A DNA stretch of 64,000 bases from Octopus sinensis. Taxonomy: Eukaryota. Positions within the stretch are counted from its first letter, which is position 1; every line of letters starts with the position of its first letter. Below are positions 1-10,637 of this stretch, one piece after another. Where the stretch lies: contig NC_042998.1 in assembly GCF_006345805.1 (NCBI RefSeq), positions 149,482,001 to 149,546,000 of the forward strand. Reading direction: 5' to 3'. Both the position numbers and the translations under genes were made by a program. The notes under the pieces were generated by a model that was not told the DNA's origin, did no database searches, and saw only the letters and a list, made by a program, of their open reading frames with translations.

Positions 1-27
1 ATGATTGACCGCTAGCTCCAAAAGTTT

Positions 28-190
28 TTTTTATTCACTCTCTTTTTATCTACTCGTGTTATTTTCTGTTGAAGAGCGCAGGCTCGAAACGTAAAAGACT
101 TTCTCACCTTCCCGAGCGCTAAACTAATATACCCGTTTGTTGTTTATACACTTGTTTCGTCTTTATTTTCTGTAATTTCAAACTACATAT
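28..190 (+). mobile_element. Penelope-type pseudo-LTR fragment carrying a hammerhead motif
   Basis: Same family as 38990-39160 (+) and 39631-39830 (-): gaagagcg.aggctcgaaacgtaaaagactttctcaccttcccgagcg...; ends at a (CA)/(TA) tract. Confidence 0.65.
62..97 (+). ncRNA. Minimal type I hammerhead-like motif, variant core CUGUUGA
   Basis: TTTT-CTGTTGA-A-GAGC-gcag-GCTC-GAAA-CG-TA-AAAG; helices I and II pair, GUA triplet, A6 replaced by U. Confidence 0.6.
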
Positions 191-203
191 ACACACACAC
201 CAC

Positions 204-236
<33 letters not shown>

Positions 237-271
237 ATCTATATATCTAGATGGCAGTCCGTTTCGAACGG

Positions 272-418
272 ACTCCTACTGCGATTTTTTTACCCCAAAA
301 GGACTTCTTCTTCTCTAGCTGGTTAACGATGCACAGCATCCGATAAAATTGCGAGCAGGGATGAATCGTTAACCAGCAAGAGGAGATGTCATCTCGGGTT
401 AAAAAATGGCAGTAGAGT
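272..418. repeat. Imperfect long inverted repeat (foldback)
   Basis: Arm 272-330 (actcctactgcgattttttt...gctggttaacgat) matches the reverse complement of 365-418 (atcgttaaccagc...aaaaaatggcagtagagt). Confidence 0.7.
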
Positions 419-562
419 TCGCTTGAATTGACAGCCATTTTGAAATGGCTACGAATATTATTGCCAATACAACTGCGTTGATCACTTAGAGAGATTTTAG
501 AACTAGCATTTTTGCTTTTACATATACATATATATCTCTGTTTGTGTGTACACATATATATG

Positions 563-608
<46 letters not shown>

Positions 609-654
609 ATATCTATATATATATATATATAATATACATACATATATTTTTTTT

Positions 655-881
655 TTTCTTTTACTTACTTCAGTCATTTGACTGCAGCCATGCTGTAGCA
701 CTACCTACAGTCAGAACAAATCGATCCTAGGACTTATGCTTTGTAAGCCTTTTGCCGAACCGCTAAATACGCGAACGTGAAAACACTAACATCGGTTGGC
801 TAGTAGGATTGGAGGGGGGCAAACAAGCACACAAATACATTCATATATATATATATATATTATATATATATATATATATAT

Positions 882-912
<31 letters not shown>

Positions 913-1218
913 CTATATATATAGATATATATATAATATAATATATATATATATATACTTAAAATATATGATATATATAATATATAATATATATATATAC
1001 ATACATACATACATACATACATACATACATACATACATACATACATTACATACATACATACATACGACGGCTTCTTTCATTTTCGTCTACCAAATCCACT
1101 AACAAGGCTTTTGGTTGGCCCGAGGCTATAGCAGAATACACTTGCCAAAGTGATATTCAGAGACTGAACCGGGAACCATATGGTTAGGAATCAAGCTTCT
1201 CACCCACAGACACTCCTA
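655..1218 (-). mobile_element. tRNA-derived SINE with internal (TA)n/(TACA)n tract
   Basis: Head (tggttcccggttcagtc...ctatagcctcgggcc...gtggatttggtagacg) and tail (cagcatggctgcagtcaaatgactgaagtaagtaaaag) shared with many copies in the window. Confidence 0.85.
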
Positions 1219-1222
1219 TAAA

Positions 1223-1326
<104 letters not shown>

Positions 1327-2521
1327 TATGTCTATACATATAGATAGATAGATATGATACAGATATGGATATACATATACATTCATCGACATATGCTGGG
1401 AGATACAGAGAGAATGAAAAGACAAAGAAAAGAGGAGAAAAAGAAAGTATATGGCCATTGTGTGTATGGCGAAGAGAAGAAGCAGAAGAGAGAGATAGAG
1501 AGGTAGAGACAGAGAGAGAAAGTGGGAGAGAGAGAGGAGAAGGGAGAGAGAGAGACTAAGGAGTGGAAGCACATACAACTGGTTGTCTCCCTTGAGGCTT
1601 CAATGCAGCAGCTAGTTGTGGAGATTAACAAGTTTGTGCTAACATATTTACTGCATGGGGCATTGGAAAAAATAACGAGATAAAAATATATCAAAAGAGA
1701 GAAAAAAAATCCTATCACGCTTATGACTAATAATCTTTTCATTTTTTTTCGTTAAGTACGAGAGAAACTCGGGGCGTGTTTCGGTTTTATTATGACGTCA
1801 TCAGCGAATTGTGACGTTCACTCTATTTGCTAATGTAGAGACGAATGAATCACTAAGTAAATATACATGATTATATATTTGTAGGTAGGGAAAATAAAAT
1901 TGCTTGGAGTGGTTAAATAGATCAGAGGTACAATCTGTTGTGAAAAAGAATAGTTGTTAGAGTTAATTTATTCATAAAATTATTTCGAATTAGAAAATTA
2001 ACAGGAGAAATATACACACATAAATACATGCTTATATACATACATGCAAACACATACATACACACATATGTAAGTATGTATATTTGTATGTATGTACAGG
2101 TGTGTGTGTGTGTGTTTGTGTGTGTGTTGCCTAAAAATAAAACAATTTAATTTAATGCTCAGGAAAAATGCAAGAAATTTTGAAGTTTTCAAGCCTACGC
2201 TCTTCTAGGGATAGAATAGCTAAGAAGAGAAAAAGAGGAGAAAGAAGTGTCTGAGTTCATGGTCAAAACGTGCTGGAATATATATATATATATGTATAAA
2301 ATCAAAATAAGCAACAAGGATTTCCAGAGATAATGCCGTCCAATCGTTTCACGCAAATCCATTTAATTGAACAATGCAATCATTACATCAATTTAAATGC
2401 GGAGCAATCTTCAGCTGCCCAAAGACATACAATTTAATTAAATTAAAACAGATGGACACATTAGTATAATTTTACCTAAAATCTCCAAGAAGTTAAGGAG
2501 ATAGACAAGGAGCATGCTGCC

Positions 2522-3375
2522 TTCCTATATATATATATATATAACTCAACTTGTGTGTCTGTGTGTGTATCTGTGTGTGTATCTGTGTGTGTGTCTGTGT
2601 TTAACTTCCCGGCTTATCTCCTCCTAACCAACAAATCGTAGAACCACCAAAAATGGGTCACTTAAAGTTTAGGTAAATGAAAATTGAACTGCGCTATTTC
2701 TGTTCCGAAATTCATCTCGCAAGTGCAAAAATCGATAATGTGTTTGTTTAGGTCTTATCCCATGCATTGAATAGTGAACTTTACTCAGTCTGCTGTTTGA
2801 CGTGAACTGTGTTCACCACGCGCGCAAGCATGCGTAAATTGTATGAGAAATAAAAAATCAAGGTATAAAAACGAATCGCTGTAAACATTGTAGAAATTCG
2901 GCAAAGAAATGGATTTTCGGGATGTCGCCTGGAGGGTTTTTTCGTATTAATCGTTTGGACTTTGTGAACACATACCAATTGTTTTCATAACATTTTTAAC
3001 GCTTTGAATTAAATGTGATCATTTTGCGTTGAGTCTGCAGTTTGAATCACTTTAACCAAATTTTAGCAGGCCGGATTTTTGATCATCGCGATACATCGCC
3101 AGCGACTCCCTGAAATTCTCCCCTGAAATCCCCGTTGAGAAATATTGATCTAAAAGAAAAATTCAACAATGCAATTATTTGATCAACAAAAATTTATGAA
3201 ACGCTTCTACGTACTTCCTATTGAGGAAATGGAACACATAAGCGCAAAAATAGAGGGCATTAAATGCTTGATTTTAAAACGAAAATAATTGAATTTTGAT
3301 TGAACTTCATCCAAGTTTAGCTTAATTCGCGCGTGCATAGAACACACGATTGCACGAGCCAGGCAATACTGCTAG
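2522..3375 (+). mobile_element. Non-autonomous Helitron-like element
   Basis: Starts ctatatatata...ttgtgtgtctgtg like the other copies; ends with a subterminal hairpin (cgtgca...tgcacg) and caatactgCTAG followed by T, as at 14575. Confidence 0.6.
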
Positions 3376-3388
3376 TATATATATTATA

Positions 3389-3438
<50 letters not shown>

Positions 3439-3706
3439 TATATATATACACATATATATATATATATACTTCATAATTTGAAACTGACTTATTGGAAGTC
3501 CACCTGAAGATGGTCGATCAAGACAAGAAACAATTGTAGTGGCGGTTTTTTTTTACTATTTATTAAAATTTTATGTATTGATTAAGTCTTTCCTTGTTTG
3601 TTTTGCAAAATAGTGGTTTTGTCTCTAATAATATTTTATATATATATATATATATATATTATAATATTATATATATTTATATATATATATAATATATATA
3701 TATATT

Positions 3707-3745
<39 letters not shown>

Positions 3746-3804
3746 ACATATATAATATATATATATATAATATATAATATATATAATATATACATTATAC
3801 ACAC

Positions 3805-3847
<43 letters not shown>

Positions 3848-3860
3848 ATATATATATTAT
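3376..3860. repeat. (TA)n microsatellite interrupted by a ~170 bp hammerhead module
   Basis: Directly visible dinucleotide tract; non-repetitive insert at about 3468-3640. Confidence 0.9.
3500..3542 (+). ncRNA. Type I hammerhead ribozyme motif, canonical core
   Basis: CCAC-CTGAAGA-TGGTC-gatcaa-GACAA-GAAA-CAATTG-TA-GTGG; perfect helix I, palindromic helix III (ACAATTGT), GUA triplet. Confidence 0.75.
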
Positions 3861-3925
3861 ATATATATTTAGTGAAGGGAAGAAATGGAGCTGAACGAAG
3901 ATTCTACAAAATTCCTTATTATTAA

Positions 3926-4007
3926 TTTCTACACATGTTTCAAAGGCTGCAAATTTCCAAATTCGGATTGAATAAAGAGACCATTTTGCAGCTTTCTCTT
4001 CAGGAAA
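3926..4007 (-). ncRNA. Type I hammerhead ribozyme motif in the Penelope 3' repeat
   Basis: Minus strand: TTTC-CTGAAGA-G-AAAGCTGCAAA...TTTGCAGCCTTT-GAAA-C-ATGT-G-TA-GAAA; canonical core, 11-bp helix II with one bulge, GUA triplet. Confidence 0.8.
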
Positions 4008-4614
4008 AACCAGGAATATAAATCTCCAAACAAATGCGCAGCAAGCTATTCGAACAAAACGCTCCCTAGGAGCCCATGGTAAGGCACAAGACTGTCTCTC
4101 AATGTGCGTTGACGTCAGGGTGGGTGAAGGCCGACGAAAAAGTCCGTTGGAATAAATCGAGGTCAAACTGCGGTTAAATTTGGTAGGGGAAGAATTCCAG
4201 AAAACCAAAGAGTGTGAATATATTCTGTATAACTAATGTTAATGTTCGAATTGTTTTAAGAATGAAAGCTATCTTATTTGGGTGTGAGAAACTACTTACA
4301 TGTATGTGTGTGTGCGCCTGTGTATGTGTGGCAGTATGTTAGGAAGCAGCTAGAGGGAAAATATATTGCAGATATTGTAGGTCAAGCGGCTGATAAAGGC
4401 CTGTGTCTGTGTGTTCGTCTGTGGTCAGTTTATACACAGATGACTTGTCAAACAAGGGGAGTATAATCCCTGATATTGTTTCTAAATAAGTAGCAGATCA
4501 TACGCTAAAAGGGGAGTAATTTCCCTTTACAAATTTAAGTCAAAATTTTTTTCCAAATTTTTTCCAAAATTTTTTTCCTTTCTTAGGACATCAAGGTGTT
4601 AATTATCTTAGGCT

Positions 4615-6375
4615 TCAATTGTATGCAAGAAATGTGTGCCGCCTCCAATGGGGACATCTAAAAGAGTTTTGCAAAATCGCGTTAACTAGCTGCCCTCGGG
4701 CGAATAAAATGTGAAAAAGTTCAGAGTTGCAGAGATTACAGATTTTTTTGCCTCTATCAAACGGTACAGACACCGATAAAATCGACCATTCCAGTCTAAA
4801 TGCTGAATTCGCGTTCTTCAAACGCCAGATCAATTTACTTAGTCCGGTCGCGTGTTGTTTTCTAAAATCGCGAAATGTTGTGAAGTGGTTCGATATTCTC
4901 ACGGCCAATTTTGATGATGACGCTCCGATATACAAGTAGACATCTGATTCAGTATAAACTCTGCATTGGTAAATGGCATTTCTAATCTTGGAATTACTAG
5001 ATAAGAACCTTATTCTATTGGGATTGGCTTCAGATATTAATACGGCGTTCTTATTACTATGATGATTGCGAGAACTGCGGCTGTCTTCGACATTATACAC
5101 CCCATTATCAATACTATTTAATGGAATATCACCTATATATTCCCTGCCACTGAGATCGCTGTGATTGCTAATGTCCGTGATGCTACTGTTGCCAAAACCG
5201 TTGCTAAAAGTGTTATTGGGACTCTCTACATTAATGACTCGGACAGTGCTCTCATCCCTATTACCATTACTAACGCTAGTGTCGTCACCATTGCTCCTAT
5301 CCTTATTCCTATTATTAACTCCATGGCTGGTATGGAGATTGCTAATCTCTGTGCCGGTTCTATTATCATTATTATTATTATTATTATTATTACTGCGCGT
5401 TATTCTGGCATTAGACGGAGCTGCGTCTCCGACCGAGGGTGAGAGGGTCTTATTTAGCAGCTTATTGTTATGGGAGGAAATTATCTGTGAGAGATTCTTA
5501 GTGCTGGAGAAGGCTATCCTAACTTTGTGTGAGTTAACAGTGGCGTAATATCTGGAATTTCTGGGAAAATTACTGGCAATGGCTTGGCGAAACTGCAGAG
5601 GTGGATTAGATCTTATTTGTTTACCAAAGGGAATTACAAACCAAATATATTTATTCCTGTTTTTGTACTGGGTCGGGAAGTCAACTCTGACATTAAGGTG
5701 GGTATTTCTAGGTTGAATAATAGGTTTTGGCTTACTATGGCCTCCCCTGGACCGCAAATTATTTATGTTACCTAAATTTATTCTAGATGTACTTGTTTCG
5801 ACATTCCTCAGGCTACCATCACTACTTAAATTATTTATGTTATTGTAGCCGGCCCTATCCTGATGACAGAATGCTGGCATCGGAAGGGCCGGATCTATAT
5901 ATACTACCTTCTCCCTATAACCGGCTTTAGACAGGGCGGCATTATAAAATTCCGCTTTCTGCCTAAAAATGTCGACATTGGCAGACAAATTAGTTAATCT
6001 TTGAGAAATATTTTTAACCAAATTGTCTATTATAGTTTTAGCGTGATTCGAGAAGACACTGGCATACTTTAAGTTAGTGGAAGGCTTATGGTAAGGGCAG
6101 TAAGAATCGCTATGGAGGTTTAGTGTGACATCTAAGAAATTAGCCTTAGTAAGTTCGTTATCAAAAACTATACTCATGCCCATCCTATTAAAGAACCTAG
6201 CGAATCTGTTTTTAGTTTTCTGTACGATTCTGTTCGGGGTGTTTTGTAGGTAAAACAGACAATCGTCACGATATAGGCCGCCCCCGATATCCGGGAACTG
6301 GTCGGATAATTCGTAGAGAATATAGATTCCGATCAAATCGGCAATCTGCGCGCTATCTGAACTACCCATACGCAC
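4615..6375 (-). CDS. Penelope-like RT (C-terminal part) + thumb + GIY-YIG endonuclease, 586 aa without stops, N-terminally truncated
   Basis: MGSSDSAQIADLIGIYIL, GGGLYRDD, ANFLDVTL, AIYQCRV..YLYIGAS..RISNH, CNLCNSE..CPH. Confidence 0.9.
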   Translation of the reverse strand: MRMGSSDSAQIADLIGIYILYELSDQFPDIGGGLYRDDCLFYLQNTPNRIVQKTKNRFARFFNRMGMSIVFDNELTKANFLDVTLNLHSDSYCPYHKPSTNLKYASVFSNHAKTIIDNLVKNISQRLTNLSANVDIFRQKAEFYNAALSKAGYREKVVYIDPALPMPAFCHQDRAGYNNINNLSSDGSLRNVETSTSRINLGNINNLRSRGGHSKPKPIIQPRNTHLNVRVDFPTQYKNRNKYIWFVIPFGKQIRSNPPLQFRQAIASNFPRNSRYYATVNSHKVRIAFSSTKNLSQIISSHNNKLLNKTLSPSVGDAAPSNARITRSNNNNNNNNDNRTGTEISNLHTSHGVNNRNKDRSNGDDTSVSNGNRDESTVRVINVESPNNTFSNGFGNSSITDISNHSDLSGREYIGDIPLNSIDNGVYNVEDSRSSRNHHSNKNAVLISEANPNRIRFLSSNSKIRNAIYQCRVYTESDVYLYIGASSSKLAVRISNHFTTFRDFRKQHATGLSKLIWRLKNANSAFRLEWSILSVSVPFDRGKKICNLCNSELFHILFARGQLVNAILQNSFRCPHWRRHTFLAYN

Positions 6376-7265
6376 ATCGAATTCGTTGGGAGTATCTTTA
6401 CGAATTTTTTGGTTTTTATATGTCGGGAATTAAAGTTGCAGAGTACCATGTCGTGGTCTGAGAGGAGAGTTTTTTCAACTGAAATACTGTGAACGAAGCT
6501 AGAGTGATTGGTCAATACCAGATCCAAGATCGTTTTATTCTGTCTCGTTGGTTCGAGCACTAGCTGAGTTACGAAGTATTCATCCATTAGATTAAAGAGC
6601 AGTTCTGCTGCTGCTCTATCTGATGTAGAGCATTTGCCTAACTTCAGAGTATTTGAGGGCCAGTTCACATGAGGGAGGTTAAAATCACCCATCACTAGTA
6701 TGTTTCCGGAGTTGTACTTCCGAAGGAAGGACTTGACTTTGCTAAGGCACTCTTCAAAGCACTTTAGAGGTGCTTGGGGAGGCCTGTAAAGACCAACAAT
6801 GATTATGTCCTTGGCCTTGCTGAATAGTGATACAGATTCACAATAGCCATTGGAAAATATGTCCTTGGCATCAAGTGAAAAGGAATCATGGATAAAGATG
6901 GCTGTCCCTCCCTTATTTCGGTCTGTGCGATCCGCATGAACAATGGTGAAATCTTTTATTTTCACCTCGGCGTCCATATGGGTGTTGTTCAGGTGAGTCT
7001 CGGTAAGGATAAAGAAAGGGAAGCAACGTGCTGTTTCGGCAAGCCAACTCTCTATATGTGGGATCTTCCATTTTTGGGCAATAATTGATGGGTTGATGCC
7101 ACGTACATTTAACAGGAATGTCGAGGTAAGGGAAGTTTGATGTTTGCATTGTTCTAAGTTGTGTTTTATGTTATTCAGTGGTAACAATGTGGGTAGTTCT
7201 TGTATGGAGCTGTGTATGTGTGATTTTCTTGTTGGTAGTGAGTGTGTGGTCCTTGTGATTTGCAT
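6333..7265 (-). CDS. Apurinic-like (APE) endonuclease domain of LINE ORF2; last ~30 codons read out of frame into Penelope sequence
   Basis: LLNVRGI, LTETHL, GGTAIF, VGLYRPP, MGDFNLP, ILDLVL, SDHDMV are the standard APE motifs. Confidence 0.9.
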   Translation of the reverse strand: MQITRTTHSLPTRKSHIHSSIQELPTLLPLNNIKHNLEQCKHQTSLTSTFLLNVRGINPSIIAQKWKIPHIESWLAETARCFPFFILTETHLNNTHMDAEVKIKDFTIVHADRTDRNKGGTAIFIHDSFSLDAKDIFSNGYCESVSLFSKAKDIIIVGLYRPPQAPLKCFEECLSKVKSFLRKYNSGNILVMGDFNLPHVNWPSNTLKLGKCSTSDRAAAELLFNLMDEYFVTQLVLEPTRQNKTILDLVLTNHSSFVHSISVEKTLLSDHDMVLCNFNSRHIKTKKFVKILPTNSMCVWVVQIARRLPI

Positions 7266-8797
7266 GGCTGGTTGCTGATAGCTCGTTGGATCTCCTGGCT
7301 TAGGTCGGCCTTCATATTTTCTAGGTAGGTCAGTAAAAAAGAGTTACCTCTTTGGTTTGCCACTTGGTCAGAGGATACATATTTCATGTTTATGTTATTT
7401 GGTGTTATGGTTTTTTCATGGTTCTGTCTTCGTTGTTTGATTGTAGTAGGGGAAACGTGGTTGTATTTTGTTTTTATTGTTGTCGAAGATCTTATCTGCT
7501 GCTGCTTATATTTATTTTGCGATCGTTTTGTGCCCTTCAGATAGTGGTGGTTGCATTCTGGGTTCAGGTACATCCTTAGTGACACAGAAGTTTGGCACAG
7601 TTTAGGATGGAAGAAGGTGCATCCATTGCCTTTTGTGCATCCATATTTGGGATGGACTCTGTATTTAGGACAGTATTTGGGGTGGAGGTGAGGGCAGTTT
7701 TTTCCCGTTATACCATATGGACAGGTGCCCTTAACAAGTCTACGACATAAGGTAGGATGGAAAAAGCACAGCGTCCCTTGTTGTTGGTGCCGCTGGGGCC
7801 AAATCTACAGTTGCCTTGAGAATAGTAACGGCAGGGTGTTTGATATGGGTGTATTGGTGATTTTTCTATTCTGGCTGTAGTAACAGTAGCAGAGTGTTGT
7901 TATTGCTGTAGCAGCAGTGAAACTTGACTTGCAACAGCAGGGCTGGGTGGAATCGGGTCAGGTACTGGTGATGTAGTAGCAGAGGCAGGCTGCTGCTGTT
8001 GTGATGAGTCCTGTGGAATGGGTGGAATGAGGTCAGATGTTTGTTGCTGGCTATCGGGTCGTTGAAGTGACCCCTGACCTGTTGGAGTTGGGTCATTTGG
8101 TGCTCTAAATTCATTGACAAGGATGGCTTCTAGTGTTGCCATGTGCGTGTGGAAAATAGGAAATATTCTTACAATTTCTTTTATTTTATTTTCGATCTGT
8201 TTTACAGATCTGTGAAAGGATTGTTTTGCTAATTTTTCAGCTATTTTACTGTAAACATTAGCTTCATTGTGGTGAGTGTACCAAGCGTTTATCATTGCAG
8301 TGATTTCATTTTCAACCCGGTGGCGTTTTTTAATATTATTGGCCATATTCAGTGGGGCAGTATTATACACTATATTTTAGTTATTTATGGCTTGATGTAT
8401 AATAGTGAAAACACCGTTGAAAGGTTCGTGTCGATATATACGGAAATGCGTGGCTATATCTGAGTGTGTGTGGGAGAGTTCGGTGTATTTAGTACAAATC
8501 AGGATGAGCGGTGAGTTTAATACATATCAGGGAAAAAGAATTGTACTCACGGGACTAGTTTTAGAACTAGTCTTGGGTTTAGTTTTGGTTTATATTTCTT
8601 TCTCCAGGTTGTATATAGATTTGTATAAATTTATCCTCCGATGGTAGTAAAAGAGTAGGATAGTAGAATTGAAGAATTCAAAAGTACTGGAACTAAAAAC
8701 AAGGAGAGTTTCTGCTGGCTTGAGTTGAAATATGCTTCTTTGACTACTGACTTTCACCGGAGCTATTGAAAGTACGTCTTGTCACGACGAATGCCTG
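6421..8797 (-). mobile_element. 5' half of an APE-type LINE (5'UTR, ORF1, APE endonuclease); RT absent
   Basis: Begins beside (TA)n at 8799; ORF1 remnants at about 7300-8370; APE domain ends at about 6430, where Penelope sequence begins. Confidence 0.85.
7500..8370 (-). pseudogene. Disrupted LINE ORF1: trihelix Myb/SANT-like domain, Q/P-rich linker, tandem CCCH zinc fingers
   Basis: AW...YSKIAEKL..QSFHRSVKQIENKIKEI. After one stop and frameshifts: CRYYSQGNC...CAFFH, C..VKGTCPYGNNGKNCPHLH, CPKYRVHPKYGCTKGNGCTFFH. Confidence 0.7.
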
Positions 8798-8798
8798 C

Positions 8799-8831
<33 letters not shown>

Positions 8832-8842
8832 TATATATATAT

Positions 8843-10046
8843 GCGTGACCTCGGCATAGCTGGAAAACTCTGAGTGTGGTTACATGACTTCCTGAAAGAT
8901 TGGAGTCAGGCAGTAGTTGTTAATGGAGCCACCTCAATGAACACACAAATAGTGAGCGGTGTTCCACAGAGCACTGTCCTGATACCACTGCTTTTTATAG
9001 TGGCCCTCTCAGATATGCCCTCAAATGCCCGGATAGCCACTCTGGCAAGCTATGCAGACGATACGAAAGTCTCGCAGAAAACACAGAACCCCAGCGATGT
9101 TGCACACCTACAGCAAGAGTTGGACTCAATCTACCGATGAGCTGAGGCTATTAATATGCAGTTTAATGCAGAAAAATTCCAGGCCCAGCGCTACCAGCAG
9201 CAAAAGCTGAATATTAAACTTACAGGATACACCGGTCAACAGGGAATTTCAATCCCATAGCCTAAGTCTGTGAGGGACCTGGGTATCGACATGAGTGATG
9301 ATACCTCTTTCCAAGTGCACATTACCAGGATGGCGACAAAGTGCACACGACTGGCTGGATGGATCCTAAGAACATTCAGAACCAGAGATAAAGAAACCAT
9401 GATGGTCCTCTGGCGGACATTCGTCCTCAGCCGCCTGGATTACTGCTCACAGCTATGGTCACCCACCAGTGTGAGATTAACAGCAGACCTTGAAGCAATC
9501 CAGAGAAGATTCACAAAGAAGATCGTCTCTTTGCAACAGCTCAGCTACTAGGAAAGGTTGAAACAGCCAAGACTCTACTCCCTGGAGAGAAGACGGGAGA
9601 TGTATGCAGTAATATATTTCTGGAAATCCTGGAAGGAATTGTGCAAAATTCTGGCATTGAAAGCTACACCAATGCTAGAACGGGACGACACTGCATAGTG
9701 CCAAAGATCTCAGCAATGCCATCACGCTTCAAGACCAGTTACTGTAACAGCCTGTGTTTCAAGGGCCCACAGCTTTTTAATATTATCCCAAAGAGTCTGA
9801 GGAACTTGCACAAAGTAGATGTAGCGGTTTTTAAATCAAAGCTGGACATCTTCCTGTCGAGAGTCCCAGATGAACCTACGTCACGGCAAGAGGTGCAAAT
9901 GAGAGTAGCTATATCAACCTCCATTCTTCACCAAGTGCCACATATTAGAGGAAACTCTTCGTAATAACAGTGTAGCACAAAACGGTGGTGCATCAGCATG
10001 GCCGCAGCTCTGTGTTGATACAAGAAAAACAAAAACGAAAAACAAA
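8843..10046 (+). mobile_element. 5'-truncated APE-type LINE: RT C-terminus and 3' end (CR1/L2/Proto2-like; clade not resolved)
   Basis: GVPQSTVLIPLLF, YADDTKV, RDLGI, SRLDYCSQLWSP, KGPQLFN..FKSKLD..VPDEP; several stops; similar to 13720-14920. Confidence 0.9.
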
Positions 10047-10238
10047 TATATATATGTATATATATAATGTATATATATATTTATATATGTATATATATAA
10101 TGTGTGTATATATATATATATACATATATAATATATATATATGTATATATGTAGTGTATATATATATATATGTATATATATATATAATATATATATATAT
10201 AATATATATATATATATGTATATATATAATATATATAC

Positions 10239-10270
<32 letters not shown>

Positions 10271-10416
10271 ATATATATAATATATATATATATATATTAT
10301 ATATATATACATATATATATAATATATATATATTAAATATATATATATGTATATATCTTATATATATATACATATATATATATATATTATATATACATAC
10401 ATTTATACATTATATA

Positions 10417-10471
<55 letters not shown>

Positions 10472-10637
10472 CACTACATATATACATATATATATATTAT
10501 ATATATATATATATATATACACATTATATATAAAGATATATACATTATATATACATATATATATTTGTTTTTCGTTTTTGTTTTTCTTGTATCAACTCAG
10601 AGCTGCGGCCATGCTGATGCACCACCGTTTTGTGCTA
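9973..10637. repeat. Inverted duplication of the LINE 3' tail around a (TA)n-rich tract
   Basis: 9973-10050 and 10561-10637 are reverse complements with one mismatch; interruptions in the adjacent microsatellite are also mirrored. Confidence 0.85.

Larger units (their letters stand above)
3850..6420 (-). mobile_element. 5'-truncated Penelope-like retroelement (probably Naiad clade) with 3' pseudo-LTR
   Basis: RT motifs FDVRMGS and YRDD, thumb motif WFVIPF, C-terminal GIY-YIG, and a hammerhead downstream of the ORF. Confidence 0.9.

Noticed and set aside
1760-1810. Hammerhead on the minus strand (CTGATGA...CCGAAAC) and a TGACGTCA CRE site
   Set aside because: Helices I and II do not pair; a lone 8-mer has no promoter context.
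2181-2212. Fourth copy of the GAGC-gtag-GCTT hammerhead family (minus strand)
   Set aside because: Related sequence, but core, helix III and helix I are eroded; counted only as a relic.
4615-6375. Selenoprotein-type Naiad (in-frame UGA plus SECIS)
   Set aside because: The ORF has no internal stop and lacks the Cys linker. In the second copy the stop after CSCRN is a TAA caused by a frameshift.
6421-10046. Single twin-primed LINE (inverted 5' half plus sense 3' half)
   Set aside because: The geometry fits, but a (TA)n tract separates the halves and over 1 kb is missing. The 3' piece also resembles the 10772-14920 element, whose APE is very different from the 6421-8797 one.
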